Source of the DNA: Penicillus capitatus
Taxonomy: Eukaryota; Plantae; Chlorophyta
NCBI GenBank assembly: GCA_965649825.1
Contig: OZ287701.1
Span: 1,317,439-1,381,438 of the forward strand
Direction: 5' to 3'
DNA: 64,000 nucleotides
Positions 58,612 through 64,000 of this stretch are shown here, piece by piece; the stretch's first letter is position 1, and each line of letters begins with the position of its first letter. The notes beneath the pieces were generated by a model. It saw nothing but the letters and a program-made list of their open reading frames with translations, made no database searches and was not told where the DNA came from. Made by a program: the position numbers and the translations under genes.

Positions 58612-59190
58612 ATCGTCCGTCCTTCCGGCAGTTCGACGAAAGAGTGACCGTTATGTTTCTATCCATTCCGCACTCTCTGTAACAGAGGTTACCTCAAACC
58701 GTGCGTGACCTTCGTCAACCGCCGACCCGCAGCCCGCCTCATTCTTTCCAGACAGCAACCAGTGCTTCGAGCACTATGCTGACAACAACATAAATGCAGG
58801 CGCTCGACGGACAGACGTCGACGCGTTCAACCACAGAAGGCGTTGGTTATTGCCAACACAGTGTCGGTTTGCGTGCGGCGAGGCAGGGCGACGGAGGGGA
58901 GCCGATAGTAGAGGTTCGAGGACTGTGCGTACACGGCCCAGTCGTCATTTCTTGCCTCGTTCGAGGCAGACATTAGCGCCAATGTGATTCGACAATGGCA
59001 TTGGTCGGAGGACTGAGGCACCCCGTGCATGGGCCGTTGACACGTCGGAGTACAGTGATTTCTTAGTCTGATCCAATTTAGCTGTAGACCGTCAGTCATA
59101 AACACGCGGTCCGCAGTATCCGTTCGTTCTGGGCACGTAGAATCACCGTGTTCGCCAAGAGCAGTGCCGTGTTTCCTTGACAAACACACT

Positions 59191-59605
59191 ATGATGAAAG
59201 ACGCGTCAGAGGAGACGACATCGAGCTTCGAAGCTGCACAGAGCTTCGAGGAAAAACGCAAATTCCCTAAAAAGGTACACGTCATTGTACAAAGTGCGCT
59301 TTGACCCGTCCTTGTGGACACAGTCTTTGCAGCGCATGCACCGAGCCATGTCCGCTATGGGTCTTTCGAGGGTACGCATGTCCCATCACAGTCAGCGACG
59401 ACTGAGCGTTCCTCTGACAACTGAGACAGAGGTAAAGTGTGACCAACAAACAGAAAAGAGTGACTAAAGTGAGGCAATTGAGATTTTACAGAAGGGAGCA
59501 ACGGACGAAGATGTGTCGGTGATTGAATCGATGGCCATCCATCCAAAAGAATGCCCAGAAGAGCTCGATATCCCGCAGCAGCCTATTCTCGTCACCAAAC
59601 CCTAA
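59191..59605 (+). CDS. Small hypothetical spliced ORF
   Basis: ATG 59191, GT..AG intron-like segments, terminal exon KGATDEDVSVIESMAIHPKECPEELDIPQQPILVTKP*; no family recognised. Confidence 0.3.
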
Positions 59606-60182
59606 ATACTTACCGTTTACGCCTCACATCCGCCTTGTGACCTTCAAGATACGCCGGATGCCTTTTTCGTCGAACCACTCCCTTTAGCGCATGTCGCATA
59701 GCAATCGGTAGCTTTGCACGGAACATGGATGGACGCTTTCCTCTTCACAGGCAAACCCATGATGCTGACGATCCACCCAATCACTCGCTGACACAGACGG
59801 GCCATCAAGAATGCCACGATTCTGGCATCCGGGAGGAGTTTGGCGATTTTTTCCCTTTTTCTCTTCAGTATGACGCATGCTTGTATGACATGACAGTATC
59901 TGAATCGATCCGAGACGCCTTTTCAACTTGGCAAGACTCCAAGGTTGGTGCATGAAGTGAACATCAACACCATTACCTTTTCCTTCGCGATTTTTTGCCA
60001 CTAAACCGCTGCAAAGCAGGATGTATTCGTCCTAGTGACAATGTAGCCCGTGCGTGCGGATTTCATTCAACCGCGTAGGCTGAAAATTCTGCAACAGTCA
60101 ACAAAGCTATGAGCATTCTTAAATTGTCTTATATGAGAAATGAAAAAGGATCAGATGCTACTCGATGTAAACACCCTCTCGT

Positions 60183-60585
60183 TCATTGGGATGCCGAGAA
60201 GACCGAACACGATACGCGCTCATCGCGCGGTACGATCACGACGCCAACGAAGCGATCCTGTATACAGTGCTCCATCAGCAAGGCCTCTGGACTCTTCTCC
60301 CCACAGACATCATCTGCAAGGACGCGATGGGTGGATGCATGACCGGATGGAGTGGGCGACCGAGGAGTGAGGCAGATTCGAGCTCGTAGGCATCCATCAG
60401 GATGAGACTCCCTGCAGCATCCAGGCAGTAGAATTGCCCGACGAAGACACGACCGTCCTTGACATGGACCTGCATCGACGGATGGTATCGTCGGGGAGAT
60501 GCCGCGTGCGGACTTTGAATTTCTCGCCGAGAAGTTTCTGTACAGCTTCGCGTTGGGGAGACGGTTTGGCAATGGCGTCTGACAT
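60183..60585 (-). CDS. NAA38: LSm-domain protein, NatC auxiliary subunit-like (LSMD1/Mak31)
   Basis: LLGEKFKVHVKDGRVFVGQFYCLDAAGSLILMDA (Sm1) and RFVGVVIVPRDERVSC (Sm2). Confidence 0.75.
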
Positions 60586-60711
60586 GAAGAGGAGACGTAC
60601 GGGGGAGCGTCTGTGTGGGTCTCCTGCACAAATAAGGGACGTCCGGTGCGACGCTGCTAATGTTTCGCGTCTAAGACATCTGTGACCTGCTGCGCTCACT
60701 GATTGGTACAG

Positions 60712-62026
60712 ATGTCACGAACATCGTCCCTAGGCAAACGGCTCTTCTCGGCGGCCGGTATGGCTGGATCCACTTCGGTGCCACACCGTTGCGATCGGTT
60801 TGCCATCGCCAGACGGGGGTTTGTTCGTCCCGTCCGTCTATGTGACGCTCTGGACGCCATCGACAAGAGTGTGTGATCTGCAGAGTGCTACGCCAAGAAC
60901 GGGTGACCTGCTCTTCGAAAAAGAGGCCCTTCGTATGGGGAATGATGGTCTGCCCATCGTGCAGTGGTATCCAGGACACATCGCAAAATCCGAACGCAAA
61001 CTCAAAGAAGAACTCAAAGTCAGTAGGCGGCTGACTCTCCTTCGGTATCGATGAGTGGGTGTCGACAGGTACTGGATGTGGTCATAGAAGTGAGAGATGC
61101 ACGCATTATCCGTGCGACAACGCATCCTGCCATCAAAGAATGGCTCAGGAACAGAAACAACAAACGCCATATACTCGTTCTGAATCGCGTGGATATGATC
61201 AGTAGCAACGACAAGAGAGCTTGGGAACGCTACCTGCACTACGAGAACATCGAATTCTTCTGGACAATTGGAAATGACTCGCAGGTATGGACCGTTGGGC
61301 ATTTCTTCGTTGAGTGGACGCGTCAGGGGCGTTCGGGTATTCTCAAAGTGAAGCGAGAGCTCTTCGACACCTCCTCGAGTCTCAACAAGATCTTGGTCAA
61401 GCGTCATCGAAAACCGAGACCCCCTCGAGTGTGTGTCATCGGCTTCCCTAATGTCGGGAAATCGTCGATCGTCAATCGGTTGCTGAATCAGAGGGTCTGT
61501 CGTACTGCACCCCGTGCAGGTGTGACGCGAGAGCTTTCGTGGTGCCTCGTGGGGAGCGGAGCCCGTGGTGCGTCGGTCGACGCGCGCGTGTGATTCCATG
61601 TGTGAGGCTGATGTGACAGGACTGCATGTTTTGGATTCCCCTGGATTGATCCCGACAAGTCTGGCGGATCAGGAGGCGGCGCGGAAAATTGCTATGTGCA
61701 ACAGCATCGGCGATGCATCCTATATCGATTCCATCATTGCTGCACAGCTCATTCACTCGATCAAGAAGCTCCCGGATTCCATCAGCATTTTCGAACGGGT
61801 CACTCTATCTTTCTCACTCTTTTGGAGACGGTTAGCGTTTTAGGTGAAGGATCGGTATGGGATCGATCCATGGATCAGCACAGAAGAGGTCTTTGTGAAC
61901 AACCTTGCCGACAAGCTCTTTCACGGAGACATCGAACGGGCCGGTGTTCGATTGCTGAAAGATTTTAGAGAGCTTAAGCTCGGTTCCTTTGCTCTGGAGT
62001 TGCCTTTGTACTCAGATTACACTTAA
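60712..62026 (+). CDS. RbgA: RbgA/YlqF circularly permuted GTPase, probably organellar
   Basis: VQWYPGHIAKSE, DVVIEVRDARI, LNRVD, IGFPNVGKSSIVNRL, RAGVTR, LDSPG. Confidence 0.9.
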
Positions 62027-63278
62027 AAAGTACTGCAGATGCCGTTCTGCATTCCTGTCGCCTCCTCCTTATCATAGACAAGAGGATCTTCCAACTTGAA
62101 ATTTGCATGAAGCATGTATGGCATCTCCAAAGCGATGGGACCGTAGTCTTGTCGCTGAAAAGCCTCCAAAATGTGCCGCGCAGCAGCCAAAACGTCTCCA
62201 CCATACTTCACCTCGGCAACTCTGATGTCACACATTTATCTCACACACATCGACAGCACGCGCTCGCTCACTCTCTGAGAAAGTCCGCAGGTGGCAGGGA
62301 GGTTGGATGAAGGGCGACATCTTCGGCAACGAGGTTCATGATCTGCTTGGATCTCTTGAGCGATGCCAGGTGCGAAATGAAAGCCTCTGCTACCTACAGA
62401 AAGCAACATATATCTTCATTGAGTGGATAACCGAGAGGCACAGAAATCTCAGAGATGGTCGCTTTATTATAATCTCCGCACATCGCCAGCCGCGTGCAAC
62501 TCAAGTCATTGTCCATCAAGGGTGGCACGACACCAGGCTCACCATCAAGTACACGTCTCCTTCCACCTTATACCTGAGGGAATGGTATGGAGAGAGGTGG
62601 GTGGTGTGGATGAGGACATGCCATGTGAGTGAACGATCGATGAGATCTGGACGTCCCTTGTGCGGAATGGGTCCGTCGACTTTTTTGGGGTTTGGACCGA
62701 TGAGTCTCTCAATCAGTGTCTTCTTTCCCACGCAGGGATGTCCGACCAAACAGGCAAGCACTGTCCGATTGGGCCTGAGTTGCAGATTCGTTTTCCTTCT
62801 TCTCCGATTCACTTCGAAATTGGCATCGAAGAATCTGCATCGTTCATTGGTCGCTGTCAAAGGGGCGCGTGCCCCTCTTGTGCCTTACCGTCGAACCAGA
62901 TTGGGAATGCCTCCATTCTTCATGGTGGCTGCCGTCCACAGCACCTATCCAAACATCCATTCACCAATGGGTGTGATGTGACGTGCGAGTACATGCATGC
63001 GCTTCTCTTGGAAATGCCGTTCCCATCCCAGTCGATCGCGATGGGAAATGAGGTCTGTTTTGTTGAAGACCATGATACGTGGCTTCTTTCCAGCCCAGCC
63101 CCTCAGCTCTGGGATGCATGGTGGAGACAGGAATCCGTGCATCTCGCACTTCGATCACGAAATCCACGGCACGCAGTTTCTTGCGCAGATTCTGCTCCAT
63201 GATGCGAACATCGCTGGGATCCCATTCGATCGCCGGTTTCACATTCGCGTCCCGGGTCGCGAAACTCAATCGCCGCAT
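62023..63278 (-). CDS. Divergent RbgA/YlqF-like paralogue with altered G motifs; 5' end uncertain
   Basis: IEWDPSD..DFVIEVRDARIP, FNKTD, VGHPCVGKKTLI, GEPGVVPP, AARHILEAFQRQDYGPIALEMP. Confidence 0.72.
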
Positions 63279-64000
63279 CGAGCTTCTTTCGTCGAACCGG
63301 ATCGGTGAAGACGGTTCGATATGGCACCGTGAGTCGCGGGAGTCGAAGGCATCGCATGAAGTGACACATGGTGGTCAGATGACGAAGGAATGGGGGAGCG
63401 TGCATTAAACATTCGCATGAGGGTTTCATGCTCTTGACGGGACAAGTGCGTCTATTCGTGTACATGTTTGACTGGCACGGGTATGAGCCAGGAACTAAAG
63501 GGGAGAAGAGAGCACGTATAGACATGCTTGACTTTTATCATCCACCACACAACGATAGATAGATATGTCGAATATAAAATCAAAGCAACATCAACACAAG
63601 GAATAAAGAAAGTTCAAGCACTTCAGATTTAAGATAAAATTACAACTGCTACCCGCAAACGCATGCTGCATAATTTGTCGTCCGACTTATCCTTATTTTT
63701 TCTTGTAGTGAAAAGAGATTCATTCCACACTCTCCCAGTCGATCATGGAGATCGCTAATGAATCAAGTCCGCCCACAAGATGAAGAAAGAGAGTGTCTGA
63801 GAAAAAAGATCAGACATGGTGGCTGGCTGGTATTAGTTATTCGCAATCAGTCTATCCCCTTCCTCCACGGCAAAAGACGAGACACTTGCAGCCGTGGTCT
63901 GGATCTTTCGACGGCGTGGAGGACGGCGTAGCGAATTCCGTTTGTCAAACAGGAGACAAGCAAGCATGGCAATCGTGTCATCATATAGAGAACAACGTAT

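Noticed and set aside
59660-60001. Minus-strand coding-like frames (KGKIAKLLPDARIVAFLM...)
   Set aside because: No consistent start, splice model or family could be supported.
63830-64000. Possible 3' end of a minus-strand gene at the window edge
   Set aside because: Only ~55 codons are visible, with no recognisable motif.
1-64000. tRNA, rRNA or snRNA genes
   Set aside because: No cloverleaf or conserved rRNA motifs were recognised by eye; tRNAscan-SE and Infernal would be needed to exclude them.

Overview
Compact eukaryotic genome, most likely a chlorophyte green alga (inferred from plant-type TIO kinase, EF-hand carrier, CURT1-like and plastid-type genes, and ~50-nt introns). The right third (48.3-63.3 kb) and a central block (pfkB kinase, RPB1, TIO/FUSED; 21.6-33.3 kb) are housekeeping genes. 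The rest is a dynamic accessory region. (1) An ~11-kb inverted duplication (2819-20177 vs 32972-44288) carries two intact NACHT-NTPase + HEAT-repeat NLR-like genes with 33 and 40 copies of a 111-bp repeat that varies mainly at one turn; a third decayed paralogue lies at ~45.2-45.4 kb. (2) The tiny head-to-head TIO/carrier start region is present three times and has been split between the two genes, leaving spare copies pointing at the NACHT genes. (3) An intact, very young Ty3/gypsy element (13046-19858, identical 307-bp LTRs, CCGT TSD) has an unusual ORF1: signal peptide, a degenerate torsin/ClpB-like AAA+ domain that keeps an arginine-finger motif, an env-like heptad/Trp-rich/transmembrane region, then Gag and protease. 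A -1 slippery site (A AAA AAC) leads into a pol that opens with a dUTPase-like fold. (4) A decayed LINE, a decayed relative of the Ty3 element and a nested solo LTR are also present. The strongest novelty candidates are the membrane-anchored pseudo-AAA+/env-Gag retroelement and the diversifying NACHT-HEAT arrays. All family assignments come from motif recognition by eye; no searches were run.
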